A DNA stretch of 63,649 bases, the filler included, from Thraustochytrium aureum (Eukaryota), in NCBI GenBank assembly GCA_012862495.1. It is 4 parts of 4 records of this genome, joined end to end, with 100 filler letters (N's around TTAATTAATTAA, not from the genome) between each part and the next. Parts side by side here need not be neighbours in the genome. Positions count along the whole stretch, not along the records: positions 1 to 26,973 come from BLSG01000353.1; 3 more parts are not named here. One strand, 5' to 3'. Positions 1 through 10,751 of the stretch are shown here, piece after piece; position 1 is the stretch's first letter, and every line of letters starts with the position of its first letter. The notes beneath the pieces were generated by a model. That model had not been told where the DNA came from. It was given only the letters and a program-made list of their open reading frames with translations, and searched no databases. A program made the translations under genes and the position numbers.

Positions 1-1092
1 CGGCTTGCGCGCGGTGCTGTGGAGCAAGGACAGCTTTTGCAAGACCATCTCGAGCGGGACCAAGGGCGAGCCGATGTTTTCCGACTACACGTTTCATTGT
101 TGGATCTTTCCGAACGAGTGGTCCTCGGCGCGGGACTACGCGCAAGCCACCCTGAGGAGTCCTACATCGTCAAGCCGCTGACGATGGGCGGTGGCAAGGG
201 GATCACGGTTGTGGATGGCGAGAAGGGTCTCAAACAGATCCGCCTCAAGACGCACATCGTGCAAAACTACCTGGGCAACCCGCACCTGATCCACAACCAC
301 AAGTGGGACATCCGCACCTACGTGCTGGTCACCTCGACCGTGCCCGCGCGCGCGTACGTGTACCAGCGCGGCCTCGTCCGCTTCGCCACGAGCAGCTACG
401 ACCCCAACGCAAAGCACGGCGGGAAGCGCTCGCAGTTCCTCACCAACACGTCGATCAACAAGCGCTTCGTCAAGCAGAACGTGACCGACATCACCTGGTC
501 CTTCGCAGACCTGCAGTCGTTCTTGGACCAGGGCAACGCGGGGACGTACGACGAATTGCAGCGCCGCATTCAGAGCGCCATCTCGATTGTGTTTCTGAGC
601 GCCGAGCAAGAGTGGCGCCGCTACTACAGTAGCAAGGGTGAATCGTGCCACACCTGCTTTCAGATCATGGGCGTGGACCTCATCGTCGACAGCAATATGA
701 ACCCGCGCGTCATCGAGGTCAACGGCCAGCCCAACATGAAGCAGTCCAAGGACAAGAACGACCACTACTCGATCACCAAGCAGCGCATGATGGAGGACAT
801 GGTGCACATGATTTTCAAGGAAGAGCCCGTCTCGAACGAGCTTTTGCTCGCGCTCGAGGGTGTCGACGGGACTGTGCTCAAGATGCTCTCCAAGTCCGAG
901 TGGGAGTACCTCATAGAGTACACCAAGGAGCGCAAGCACCGGGGAGGCTGGTTGAAAGTCTATCCGAACATCGAAAATGCCGACCTGCACTCGGCCTTTC
1001 TCGAGCAGCAGCGCCACAACCCGGCGCGCCTCGCGCTGCACGACGTCCTTATGCACCTCGAGCGGGCCACGGAGAACATGGTCAGTACCTAG
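1..1092 (+). CDS. Tubulin-tyrosine ligase (TTL/TTLL) family ATP-grasp protein, 5'-partial, probable 1-nt frameshift near 146-148
   Basis: ORF 19..1092 has TTL motifs YIVKP..GGGKGI, IVQNYLGNPHLI..KWDIRTYVLVT, GLVRFA, FLTNTSINK and FQIMGVDLIVD...VIEVNGQP. Upstream of ~147 the coding-like frame is frame 2 (LWSKDSFCKT...FHCWIFPNEW); adding one C at gcaagccac joins the two frames. Confidence 0.85.
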   Translation, partial: RLARGAVEQGQLLQDHLERDQGRADVFRLHVSLLDLSERVVLGAGLRASHPEESYIVKPLTMGGGKGITVVDGEKGLKQIRLKTHIVQNYLGNPHLIHNHKWDIRTYVLVTSTVPARAYVYQRGLVRFATSSYDPNAKHGGKRSQFLTNTSINKRFVKQNVTDITWSFADLQSFLDQGNAGTYDELQRRIQSAISIVFLSAEQEWRRYYSSKGESCHTCFQIMGVDLIVDSNMNPRVIEVNGQPNMKQSKDKNDHYSITKQRMMEDMVHMIFKEEPVSNELLLALEGVDGTVLKMLSKSEWEYLIEYTKERKHRGGWLKVYPNIENADLHSAFLEQQRHNPARLALHDVLMHLERATENMVST

Positions 1093-1378
1093 TAGAGATA
1101 GGTGCTGCGCCNNNNNNNNNNNNNNNNNNNNNNNNNNNNNNNNNNNNNNNNNNNNNNNNNNNNNNNNNNNNNNNNNNNNNNNNNNNNNNNNNNNNNNNNN
1201 NNNTAACCTGGACGCGACTCTGCTGACCTGCACCTTGAATTGATTGCAACACAAGCCCAATTTGATTGAAATCCGCCATCGACACAGCCTCCCTTTCGCA
1301 AGCTGGTTGCTTGATGGCCAACTGAGTCGGCCTAGGCCGATCGCAGAGCAGCACGCGCCTCGGCGTTCGCGTTATGCC

Positions 1379-1516
1379 ATGTTGCGAATCGGCGTTGCCT
1401 ACGGTATCGAAAGGATGTTACTCTACCGATGGACGTTGCATGATGTTGCGAAAGGCTGCCGCCTGATGTTGCCTACGGTGTCGAAAGGCTGTTGCCTGGA
1501 CACCGATGGACGTTGC
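1379..1516 (+). repeat. Imperfect two-copy tandem duplication (~62-74 bp unit)
   Basis: The blocks atgttgcgaa / gttgcctacggt / tcgaaagg / accgatggacgttgc occur twice in the same order, starting at ~1379 and ~1443. Confidence 0.75.
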
Positions 1517-1710
1517 CTGCTGCTGCCTGCGTCAGTAAAACTAACTTGATTTTGAGAGCAATCAACTGCAACGCACAGCGAACAACCGAACTCCCGAGAG
1601 GAACCCTTTTGAAGGGTCGAAGCAGAAAGAAAAGGAAAAATGCGCGAGTGCAGCAGCAGCAGCAGCGCCAGAGCCGCTCGACGCGCCTGCCACCGCAGCG
1701 CTATCACAGT

Positions 1711-1756
1711 ACGTGCGTGCGTGCCTGCGTTGCGTGCGTTGCGTGCGTTGCGTGCG
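1711..1756 (+). repeat. (GCGT)/(TGCGTGCGT)n microsatellite upstream of RRS1
   Basis: Read directly from the sequence. It explains the spurious RCVRCVR N-terminus of ORF 1713. Confidence 0.8.
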
Positions 1757-1820
1757 AGGACCCCGTACGCGTATTCGAACCGCCCAGGCCTGCTTCTGTC
1801 TCCCGGTCGCCGCTGCAGCG

Positions 1821-2912
1821 ATGGCGCGAAAAGCGGCCAAGCGCCAGGTCCCCCAAGATGACGTCGAGTCTGGCGCGGACGAGGACCTGAACGAGGAAGA
1901 CGCCGAGGTCGAGGATGATGGCGAGCAAGAGGACGAAGCACTGGACGGCGAGGAGGAAGAGGACGACGAGGAGGAAGACGACGAGGAGCGGAGCGAGGAG
2001 GAGCCCGACTCGGAAGGCGCGTCGAGCGACGAGGACGGCGACGAGGCGAAGAACAAGGAGAAGAGCGAGTTTGTCGCGGACCTCGGGCACATGGCCGCGT
2101 TCAACTCGGCGCCCGTCGATGCGAGCAAGCTGAAAAAGTCGACAGAGGCGTACCTGCGCGAGGTCGCCGCTGCGGGCGCACAGCTGATGTTTCGCGACCT
2201 GATGGCCCTGCCTGGCGTAGACGGGAGCCCCTCGCTCAAGCTGCTCCCCAAGCCGCAGTTTCGCGTACCGCGGCACAAACCAGCACCCAAGCCCAAGGCC
2301 GAGACTCGCTGGGAAAAGTTCGCTCGCGAGAAGGGCCTCGACAACCGGAAGAAGCGAGACCGGATGCTGTGGGACGAGGCCTCGCAAACCTGGAAGCCCC
2401 GCTGGGGCTACGGGCGCGGCAACACAGACCAGAACGACTGGCTGATTGAGCTCGACGAGAAGGAAGAGGGTACCTCGGACAAGTTTCAGGAGCGCCGCGA
2501 AGGCAAAAAGATGCGCGTTCTCAAGAACCGGGCCAAGTACCTGCGCAACAAGGCCGAGGCGGACTCGGGTGTTTCGCCTGCGGCCCAGGTGGAGAACCTC
2601 AACGTCGACGGCGCGCGGGCGGGCGCGTCCCGCCGCGGCAAGTCCAAGGTCGTCAACTCGCTGCAGACTGCGCAGGTCTCGACGGCGTCGCTCGGACGTT
2701 TCGACCCCGTCATGGACGGCGAGGGTAAACGGCAGCTCGGTAGCCGGAAGCGCAAGTTTTTGCCTTCCCAGTCCACAGGCGACCTGGACCGCGACAAGAA
2801 GATCCTCGGCCGGCTCTTGGGTAAGCACATTGGGGGCGCGACCTCTTCGGCTGGCGCAGAGGAGCCGCGATCGGGCAAGAAGGGCAAAAAGCAGCGCCGC
2901 GGCAAGCGGTGA
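1821..2912 (+). CDS. RRS1: Ribosome biogenesis regulatory protein RRS1
   Basis: ATG at 1821 followed by an acidic N-terminus. Family motifs DLGHMAAF, LPKPQFRVPRHKPAPKPKAETRWEKFAREKG, WDEASQTWKPRWGY and AQVSTASLGRFD. Confidence 0.93.
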   Translation: MARKAAKRQVPQDDVESGADEDLNEEDAEVEDDGEQEDEALDGEEEEDDEEEDDEERSEEEPDSEGASSDEDGDEAKNKEKSEFVADLGHMAAFNSAPVDASKLKKSTEAYLREVAAAGAQLMFRDLMALPGVDGSPSLKLLPKPQFRVPRHKPAPKPKAETRWEKFAREKGLDNRKKRDRMLWDEASQTWKPRWGYGRGNTDQNDWLIELDEKEEGTSDKFQERREGKKMRVLKNRAKYLRNKAEADSGVSPAAQVENLNVDGARAGASRRGKSKVVNSLQTAQVSTASLGRFDPVMDGEGKRQLGSRKRKFLPSQSTGDLDRDKKILGRLLGKHIGGATSSAGAEEPRSGKKGKKQRRGKR

Positions 2913-3128
2913 GCACTTCGCGGTGAGCACTTTGTGGTGGGCACTTTGTGGTGGGGGCGCTCGGCTATTGCACAGCTATTGGAAAAAAACAAACCTTTGC
3001 ATGCTATCTTGTTCGCGGAACCTGCCGTGCCGCCATCCAGCTGGTGTTTTCGGCGGGCCCGAGGACGAGCGGCACGTTGAAAGACGAAGGGACAAACAGC
3101 GTTGAGTGGCCGCCTCGCAAGGAGAGAA

Positions 3129-4020
3129 TCAGAAGACGAACGGGATGAGGGCGCGGCGCCCCGCAGGGTAGCTGTCTCCGAACCTCGCGATGTAGTTGTG
3201 GTGCACAGCCACAGCGCGCGTCCCCAGAAACGAAGCAGTTTCCAGGGCAAAGCAGATCGGCGCAAGGGCGCCAGAGCCCATCACGGCGTATCCGGCCCAC
3301 TCGATAATCTCTACGACAAGGTTGGCGGCCGAAATCCACCGAAAGAGACCGGTGGTCGGAATGCGGTACACAACAGCCCCAGAATCGGAGGGCTTGCGGA
3401 GGTTGATCAGCGCGTGGTCGTGCACGACGTTGATGAGGCAGCCCGTACAAAATATGGCCAGCCCGCAGTAGAATGCTGGGCCGACCGGGACGACGACCAA
3501 TCGCGTGAACGTCAGGGCCTGCGCGAGCCCGTTGGTACTGGTAAAAAGAGTGCTGCCAACCACAGTCTCGACGGGCATTGGCGATCCGCGGTGCCGCGCG
3601 GCGTAAATGAACGAGCGGTGAAAGTAGTGCAGCATGAAGCACCCCAGCGCGACTTGGTTTGTCCAATGCGAGAACACTTCGCCGGGCTCGCGGCTCGCGG
3701 TGGCTGCAAGGAGAAATGGCACGACGAAGGACGGCGCCTCCATGAGCATCCAGCCCAAGTTGCTTCCCATGGTCTTTTTTGCCACGTCGTGGCTCATTGC
3801 GGCAAGAAACCTGCCTCCGTACGGCTGGCGGGAACAACAGCGAGCGCGTCGTCACGATACTTTTGGCCAGATCTGCAACAACCGTAAGCATCCCCGCCGA
3901 GATGCTCGCCACAACAACCTGCTGCGCCTGCCGCGACGAGCCCGCGAGCAGCTCGAGTACGCCGAGCCCCGCAGCCGAGAAGGCCATCAACCCAAACCCG
4001 GCCAGCGCCAAGACGCCCAT
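3129..4020 (-). CDS. 3-oxo-5-alpha-steroid 4-dehydrogenase (steroid 5-alpha-reductase/DET2 family), frameshift near 3825
   Basis: Motifs GWMLMEAPS, HYFHRSFIY, HDHALINLRK, YRIPTTGLFRWISAAN..EIIEWAGYA and HHNY..F.DSYPAGRRALIPFVF. The hydrophobic N-terminus (ATG 4020) is in another frame and joins PYGGRF.. if one base is added near 3825. Confidence 0.88.
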
Positions 4021-5232
4021 CTTCCCCGCCAGCCCTCGAGCCCCTCAACGACAACCGCGTGCCGTGCAGCCAAGTCGACGCTTGCGAACAGAACAGACGG
4101 CAGCAACTCCGAGTCAGGCGAGGTCACGAAAGCGTGCCTGGCTGGCTGCCTGCGCGCGTCAACGAGCCGCACCACGACCGGCGCCGGTTGCAGAGGCCAA
4201 TTGTGCTCGAGACGAGTGGCGGCTTGCTCGCAATCAGCTCATCGAAAGACGCCAGTGGATGGATAGATCGATCGACCACGTCCATCTCGAGCCTTGACGT
4301 CGTGCGATCGCCGTCTTTTTCGGGTGGCCCCGCAAAAGCTGCTTTCGCCCCCGCAGTCTACATCGCGCCTATTCCCATGCTACCATTCAAACCTATAATA
4401 GATGTGCAACTAAAACAAGCACCGGCGGCGCGCCGTGGGCGACCCTGGGAACATCTCTCCCAGACCGCGCGATACGTCACGCTGGTGGGTATCGTGACGT
4501 GAAGCTCGCGGAGGGCGAGGCAACTGGCAGGGAGCGGAAGGCAGTGCTGGAACNNNNNNNNNNNNNNNNNNNNNNNNNNNNNNNNNNNNNNNNNNNNNNN
4601 NNNNNNNNNNNNNNNNNNNNNNNNNNNNNNNNNNNNNNNNNNNNNNNNNNNNNNNNNNNNNNNNNNNNNNNNNNNNNNNNNNNNNNNNNNNNNNNNNNNN
4701 NNNNNNNNNNNNNNNNNNNNNNNNNNNNNNNNNNNNNNNNNNNNNNNNNNNNNNNNNNNNNNNNNNNNNNNNNNNNNNNNNNNNNNNNNNNNNNNNNNNN
4801 NNNNNNNNNNNNNNNNNNNNNNNNNNNNNNNNNNNNNNNNNNNNNNNNNNNNNNNNNNNNNNNNNNNNNNNNNNNNNNNNNNNNNNNNNNNNNNNNNNNN
4901 NNNNNNNNNNNNNNNNNNNNNNNNNNNNNNNNNNNNNNNNNNNNNNNNNNNNNNNNNNNNNNNNNNNNNNNNNNNNNNNNNNNNNNNNNNNNNNNNNNNN
5001 NNNNNNNNNNNNNNNNNNNNNNNNNNNNNNNNNNNNNNNNNNNNNNNNNNNNNNNNNNNNNNNNNNNNNNNNNNNNNNNNNNNNNNNNNNNNNNNNNNNN
5101 NNNNNNNNNNNNNNNNNNNNNNNNNNNNNNNNNNNNNNNNNNNNNNNNNNNNNNNNNNNNNNNNNNNNNNNNNNNNNNNNNNNNNNNNNNNNNNNNNNNN
5201 NNNNNNNNNNNNNNNNNNNNNNNNNNNNNNNN

Positions 5233-5655
5233 AGGGCGCCGCGCAGCCTCGGCGCGAGTACAAGGAAATGGGTGCTGGTCTGGTGCGCGTGAACGTGCCA
5301 CGATCGACTCCTGGCGTCGCCGCACCAGGCGGCGACGCGTCTGGCGGTGATGGAACCATGGGCGCCACCGGCGAGGCGGGGCCAGGAACGAGCCCGGCCC
5401 GCCAAGCCGCGGATGGTGATGCGGCGCGAGGGCGTGCTCAAGCTCTTGCTGAATGCGACGATCTGGGCCACCATGCCCATTCAAAAGGCTTCTGAAAAGG
5501 TGCTTCGGTTCACCTGCAAATCAAATGTGGAGGACATGTCCTCTGATGGCCCGGATACCTTTTTGCTGCGCCTTCCTCGCGCCAACCAGTGCCAGGAGCT
5601 GTTGGAGGCGATCGAGAAGGCGCGCGAGATGAGCAAGGAGGGCAGCTCGAGCTAG
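5233..5655 (+). CDS. Ran-binding domain (RanBP3/Nup50-like) protein, 3' part; 5' end in gap; frameshift near 5400
   Basis: EYKEMGAGLVRVN in one frame, then PRMVMRREGVLKLLLNATIW..M.IQKASEKVLRF...TFLLRL..ANQCQELLEAIE in another. Together these form the typical RanBD/PH-like pattern. Confidence 0.75.
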
Positions 5656-5786
5656 CTTACTAAATCAATTACTCTTACTCTGGTCTCCCACCGATCTACT
5701 AACGCCGCGCCGCTCGGCGGCCGCTTCGGCTCCGCCCACGTCGTCTCCTGAGCAATACAGAGAAGCGCCGCTGCTCACGATGCCCA

Positions 5787-6758
5787 CTACCACGGCGAGG
5801 ACGGCGACCCGAGCTGGCCAGAGGCGCCAGCAGCAGCGGTGATGCCAGGACCGCCGGCGCGGTTCGGTTCTTCAGTGCTTGTTTCGCCCACTTCCTCGTC
5901 TTCGTCTGCGAGGGCTCGCGGCCGCCGTGCGCCTGGGGGCGGCGTTTGCACCCGCGAGGCGCCCAGGCGCGGCGAAAACGTGCACGAGAGGCGGCGACTC
6001 TCCTCAGGTTTGGACGCGGAGGCCCCCGGACTCCGTGTCGCTGATGCTGATGAGGGCGAGCTCGACGCCGTGTTGCCGGGCCCGCGGTTGAGACCTCTGG
6101 TGTCGACGGTCGGCGAGTCGCGATGTTGGGCAGTCCGTGGCCTTTTTCGCGGGAGGGGCGTGCACGGCGCGTTTGGCGCCACGGCGCTCGCACTGCCGGA
6201 CGCGACGCTTTCGCAGTCGGAGCTTGCGGCTACGCGCTTCTTCCGCGTGGCCTCCTCGAGCAGCATGCGGCGTTTGTTCTCGCGCTGCTTGCGCTTCTTG
6301 ATGCGCAACGCGCGCACGAGGATGTTGGTATCGTCACTCTTGACGGTGCGGCACCGCGGATGCAGGGTATTGTATGTCGGGACCAGCGTCGGCACGATGA
6401 GGGTGCGACTCTTCATTTCAGCCACTTCGGCGCGGTTTACCCTGGTTAGCGTCCCAAACATTGGGAGGCCCTCGAGGAGCGAGCAGCGTTCGCGGGGCTT
6501 ACTGGTGGCATCGCCGCCCGCCTCTTGCGCAGAAGAGGCGCAAGCGACGCGTGCTTCGTCGGCGAGGCCTTCCCGCCCGTTGCCGGGGGTGCTCACTGCG
6601 CTGGCCGCCGCGCTTTTCTCTCGTGGGCCCATGACACGGCTGCGTTTTCTCGACTTGCTGGGCGAGGCCTCCCCAGTGCTGCCGAGGTCATCCCGCACAG
6701 CGCCGCCGTCCTCCAGCACGGGCCCAGTGATCCTCGACCGCTTTGGCGTCCAGTCCAT
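5787..6758 (-). CDS. Hypothetical, largely low-complexity protein with a basic NLS-like segment
   Basis: Open frame from ATG 6758 (MDWTPKRSR..). It has one ordered-looking segment (RTLIVPTLVPTYNTLHPRC..NILVRALRIKKRKQRENKRR). No family recognised. Confidence 0.45.
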   Translation of the reverse strand: MDWTPKRSRITGPVLEDGGAVRDDLGSTGEASPSKSRKRSRVMGPREKSAAASAVSTPGNGREGLADEARVACASSAQEAGGDATSKPRERCSLLEGLPMFGTLTRVNRAEVAEMKSRTLIVPTLVPTYNTLHPRCRTVKSDDTNILVRALRIKKRKQRENKRRMLLEEATRKKRVAASSDCESVASGSASAVAPNAPCTPLPRKRPRTAQHRDSPTVDTRGLNRGPGNTASSSPSSASATRSPGASASKPEESRRLSCTFSPRLGASRVQTPPPGARRPRALADEDEEVGETSTEEPNRAGGPGITAAAGASGQLGSPSSPW

Positions 6759-7690
6759 GCTGCAAGCCAGAGGGTTGGGTGGGCAGGTCGTTGAAGGAGG
6801 CAGCGAAAACGATCGCCACGAGGCCGCCGCCGCGGGGCCGCAGCAGCGCAGCGAATGTCCAGGCGTCCTGCTCTGCAACAATGACGGCGGGCTTTCTCCT
6901 GGCTCGCGAGCGCCGCGCTCCAAGGGCCCGGGACGGGCGGCAGTGTCTGTTGTGGCGGTTGTCGCATCGAGGGGGGGCACTTCTTTTGAATTCTGCGAAT
7001 CCTATGGGGATCCCGTCACAACTCTGACTGTTCAGGCTGCCTGCCATCAGGTGAAAGGTGAGCGCGGCTTGGGTTGCGGCTCTCTCCGCATGGCATGGCA
7101 GACCGTCCGGCCGGCCGACCCTACTTGTGGCCTGCGTGCGGGCGCCGGAGGGCTAGCTTTCGTTTGCGCTTTGCTTTCCCACTCACTTCATCAGAAAGAA
7201 TTCAATTGAGCTCAAAAAAAGGGCTCGGTGAACTTCATGCATGGATGGATGGTCTCATGTGTTCAATCAATCAGCCACTCCACTCGGGTTCATCAACTTG
7301 CTTGAGGCTGGAGCATGCTTGGTGCTGGCTGGGCGAGGTGCGCTTGAGAGCGAGCGGCGTGGGTGGCGTTGGGGCTGATGGACCGGCAGTTGGGGCACCT
7401 GACGGCGGCCAAGTGACAAGTGACGAAAGCCGTTCAGTCCCGGGAGCCGTGGCCTCAAAAGGACTCCAGCGTGCTTGGTGGCGGCTCTGGACCGGGCGCA
7501 ACGCTCCAGGCGACAAGGGGCCGCAAGCGCTTTTCGCCGCAGCACACGAAACGAAAAATACGCTGGGTGAACGCCACCACATCCGTCACCGGTCTGCCGC
7601 GGACGTTTCGGTCACGAGGCACCGAACCTTCAAGCGCCAAAACGCCGGAGCACGCAAGGAAGAACCTGTTTAGAGGAAATAGATGTCCGT

Positions 7691-8094
7691 CTAAGCCTTG
7701 ACGATGTCAGAGTCGCCAGCGTCGGTAATGCTGAGCATCGACACGCGAAAGTGGCGACCGCACGCCGTGCCGAGGTCAGAGTTGCCACCAGTGTAATGGT
7801 GCACGTCGACCTTGGCAAGCATGGCGTAGTACTCGATCTCGGACTTGCGCAGCGGCGGGCAGTTGCCGGAAATGATCACAAGCTTTGACTTGCCGCTGCG
7901 GAGCGACTTGAGCGTCGAGCGGTAGCCCAGGCAGTACTTGCCGCTCTTCATCACAAGCGCAAGCCGCGCATTGATGTTCTCGGTGCTCTTCTTCTTCTGC
8001 ACTCCCCCAAGCGCGCGCAGCCCGTCAGCGACCTTCCGCGCGGCGATTCCGCGCACATCCCACAAACCAACCCACTTACGCCCTTGGGAGCCAT
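7691..8094 (-). CDS. RPL30: 60S ribosomal protein L30 (eL30), 2 exons: 8080-8094 and 7691-7996
   Basis: Spliced product [67 protein letters not shown]... Intron 7997-8079 has a GTAAGT donor, a GCTGAC branch-like motif and a TGCAG acceptor. Confidence 0.97.
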
Positions 8095-8679
8095 TGCGCC
8101 TGTAGTTTGGTCAAGTCCTAGTCGTGCTTCCTGCTGCTCTGCGCGGTGTCCTGCCTGTCCTGATGGATGCCTGGGCGCTCGTCAGTTCTCAGGCCAAGAG
8201 CTCGCTCTCTGCCTCCCCGACGAAAATGGCTCTGCCGGCGCCTTGCTCGCATTGCTTGTCCACCCAAACCACTGCCGCCGCCCGCCCCCCTCTGTTAAAC
8301 TCCGATTTACCCGAACCGCAACCTTCGCACTATGCTCGCGCATCTCGGGAGAACCTCGCACAAGCCGCAGGGGACGAACTGAACCTAACCTCAAATTACC
8401 TCGGGAGGCGGGTGCTAAGACGAGGATTCCCCGGCCGCGGCACCGCGGAGGAGGCGGGGGTGGCGTTAAAGCAGGCGTGCCGCGCCCTGCGCTCTGTGTC
8501 CGACAGGGTAAGCGACCAGTGGAACGAGGAGCTATTCTTTGGGGTTAGGGTATGAGGGATTGCGGGGTGGCTGGTATTGAGGGGCAAGCAGGCATTGAGG
8601 GGAGAGTGGAGTTTGCAGGGCTTTGGCGCGCTGGGCCTGCTGCCTGTGCGAGTTGGATGCCTTTGGTTGATTGGGTTGG

Positions 8680-8858
8680 TGTTGTTCCAGCGGTTGTTGT
8701 TCCAGCGGTTGTTGTTGTTCCCGCGGTTGTTGTTCCAGCGGTTGCTGTTCCAGTTGTTGCTGTTCCAGTTGTTGTTGTTCCAGCGGTTGTTGTTCCAGCG
8801 GTTGCTGTTCCAGTTGTTGCTGTTCCAGTTGTTGTTGTTCCAGCGGTTGCTGTTCCAG
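8680..8858 (-). repeat. 15-bp tandem repeat (ctg gaa caR caa ccg/caa), reading LEQQP/LEQQQ on the minus strand
   Basis: About 11-12 units are visible. The cag/caa variation is synonymous only in the LEQQx frame. Confidence 0.9.
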
Positions 8859-8988
8859 CGCACCCCGCGTGGGTCGCGAGCGCAGCCGGGCGTCGCTAGC
8901 CGAGCACTGCGAGCGAGCATCGTTGCTCTTTGTTTGCTTTCTTGCGGGCTGGATTGGCGAGAGGTTTTTGTCAAGGCGATGGAGTGCT

Positions 8989-10751
8989 TCAGGTTCGAGC
9001 CGGGTCGCTTGATGCGTCGAACGGGGCCACGCCGTTCAACGAGGTCCAGTCGCGGTCTGTGTTTGACTCCATGAGGCGCTCAAAGGCGGCCAAGATAGTC
9101 GCGTAGCTTGAGTCGTTGGCGCGGTTTATGCGCTCAAACGGACCGTCGAGCCCGTAGTCGTACAACTCGACGCTTTCCTTGGTGCGCGAGAGGCGATACT
9201 GCAGCTCGCCGCCGGGCGGGAACTTGTGAAAGCCAAGGTGCCTGACGTAACGGTACCGCGTCGTTCGCAGCGAGTATGCCATGTCCTCGCGTTTCTTGTC
9301 TTGGTTGTGCGACCAGTATTGCGACAAAGCCGCGGCGCGAACTGTTGCTGACGCAGGGTCGAGGAGCAGAGGGACCATGCTAACACCAGCCCTTCGCTCC
9401 TCGGGAGAGTCGTCAAGCCCAAAGGCGTCGAGAAGCGTTGGGAATACGTCCACCTCCTGCACCGGCGAGTGTGATGCTGTCCCCGGCGCGAAAGCACCAA
9501 ACCTGGGCTCCGCAAGTATCATCTTGGGGAGCACCACTGCGCACGGAACGCGTGTTGCAGAGTCAAAAACGGTCTTTTTGGCCCACAGGCCGTGATCGCC
9601 GAGGTGAAACCCATTGTCTGACCAGAGCACGATCGCGGTGTTGTCCGCCACAACCGAAGGCAGCTCGTCCAGCGCAGCAAGGAGACGGCCGATCTCGCGG
9701 TCAGTGAATGCCACGCTAGCATAGTACGCTCGGATGAGCCCAATGGGTGAATCTATACCCACATACTGGTGAAGCTCGCGACTACGCGAGCACGTTTTCA
9801 TGTTGCTCTGTGCCGAGCAGAAGGTAGGATCAGCGGCTTCGGGTTGCGAAAGCGCAGCGAGGAAGGCGCTGTCGGGGACGTCCTTGAAGAGCTTGTAGAT
9901 GGACTCCGGTGCGACCCACGGCAAGTGGGGCGCGATGTAGCCCACGGCGAGAAGGAATGGCCGCTCTACCGCGGGTGTCGCGCTCAGAGCGGCGCTGTAC
10001 TTGGTCCCAAGTGCGTTGAGCTTTGCGATTGCGTTTGTGGTCAGGCACGTCTCAAGCGCCGAGCCTTCGTGTTTGCCAGGAAACCTGAAGCTCGCCACCT
10101 TGGGCCGCACGTTGGTCCTGCCAGGGTAGAGCAGTGTTCTGCGCTGCCTGCACATGGACTTTGCATTCCGCCTGTAGTCGCCAAGGGTAACCACCTCGTC
10201 CCACGAGCATGATCTAGTAGCACCTTTCTTGCTGCAGAGGTCTTCCCGCTGGCTCTTTGTAAACGTGCGATAGTCGAACACTTTCCCCAGGCTCACCGTC
10301 GTGTAGCCGTGGCCGCGAAGGGTGCCTGGGAAGGTCACAAGGTTCCTGTTGCGCTTGCGAAAAAGTGTTTCAAAGTCCCAGATGCGCAGCGCGTCGATTC
10401 GCCTGCCCGTGAAGAGCGCGAGTCGACTCGGTGCGCACTCGGATTTGCCGACGTGCATGTTGGTGAGCCGTACGCCCCGCGACATGAGGTTGTCGATGTT
10501 TGGTGTGTGGGCAGCAAGGTCGCCCAACGCTCCGACAGAGTTGCGCAAGTCATCAACGATGATGAGCAGCACGTTTGGTTTGGCGGCCCGAACGCTGCGC
10601 ATCCCACGCACACGAGTCAGTCAGCGTACGGCCGGGCCGGCCTTGCGGCGAGAGGCCCGCGCGGGTCCTTTGTCGGCTTCTGCCCTGCTTACCTGCTTGC
10701 CAGTGTCGCTAATGCGGCCAGCGCCGTCAAGCCCCTCCGCCATCGTTGCAT
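8989..10751 (-). CDS. Secreted Cys-type sulfatase, iduronate-2-sulfatase-like (2 exons: 10693-10751 and 8989-10594)
   Basis: Motifs KPNVLLIIVDDLR, HTPNID, ECAPSR (CxPxR formylglycine motif), PFLLAVGYIAPHLPW and WSDNGFHLGDHGLWAKKT. Removing intron 10595-10692 (GTAAGC..GCTGAC..CGCAG) gives the signal peptide MQRWRRGLTALAALATLASSVRA. Confidence 0.93.

Noticed and set aside
5839..7209. Long antisense or overlapping ORFs (here and opposite most genes)
   Set aside because: They are an expected by-product of high GC and codon bias. ORFs running through N gaps are also artefacts.
8163..8555. Small plus-strand ORF divergent from RPL30
   Set aside because: The second half looks protein-like, but there is no recognisable homology and it overlaps the end of the proposed sulfatase tail. 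Insufficient support.
8396..9074. ORFs with WNNN, LLFQR, CCSSG or VVPAV repeats (prion-like, metallothionein-like)
   Set aside because: These are alternative readings of one 15-bp repeat. Synonymous variation favours the LEQQx frame.
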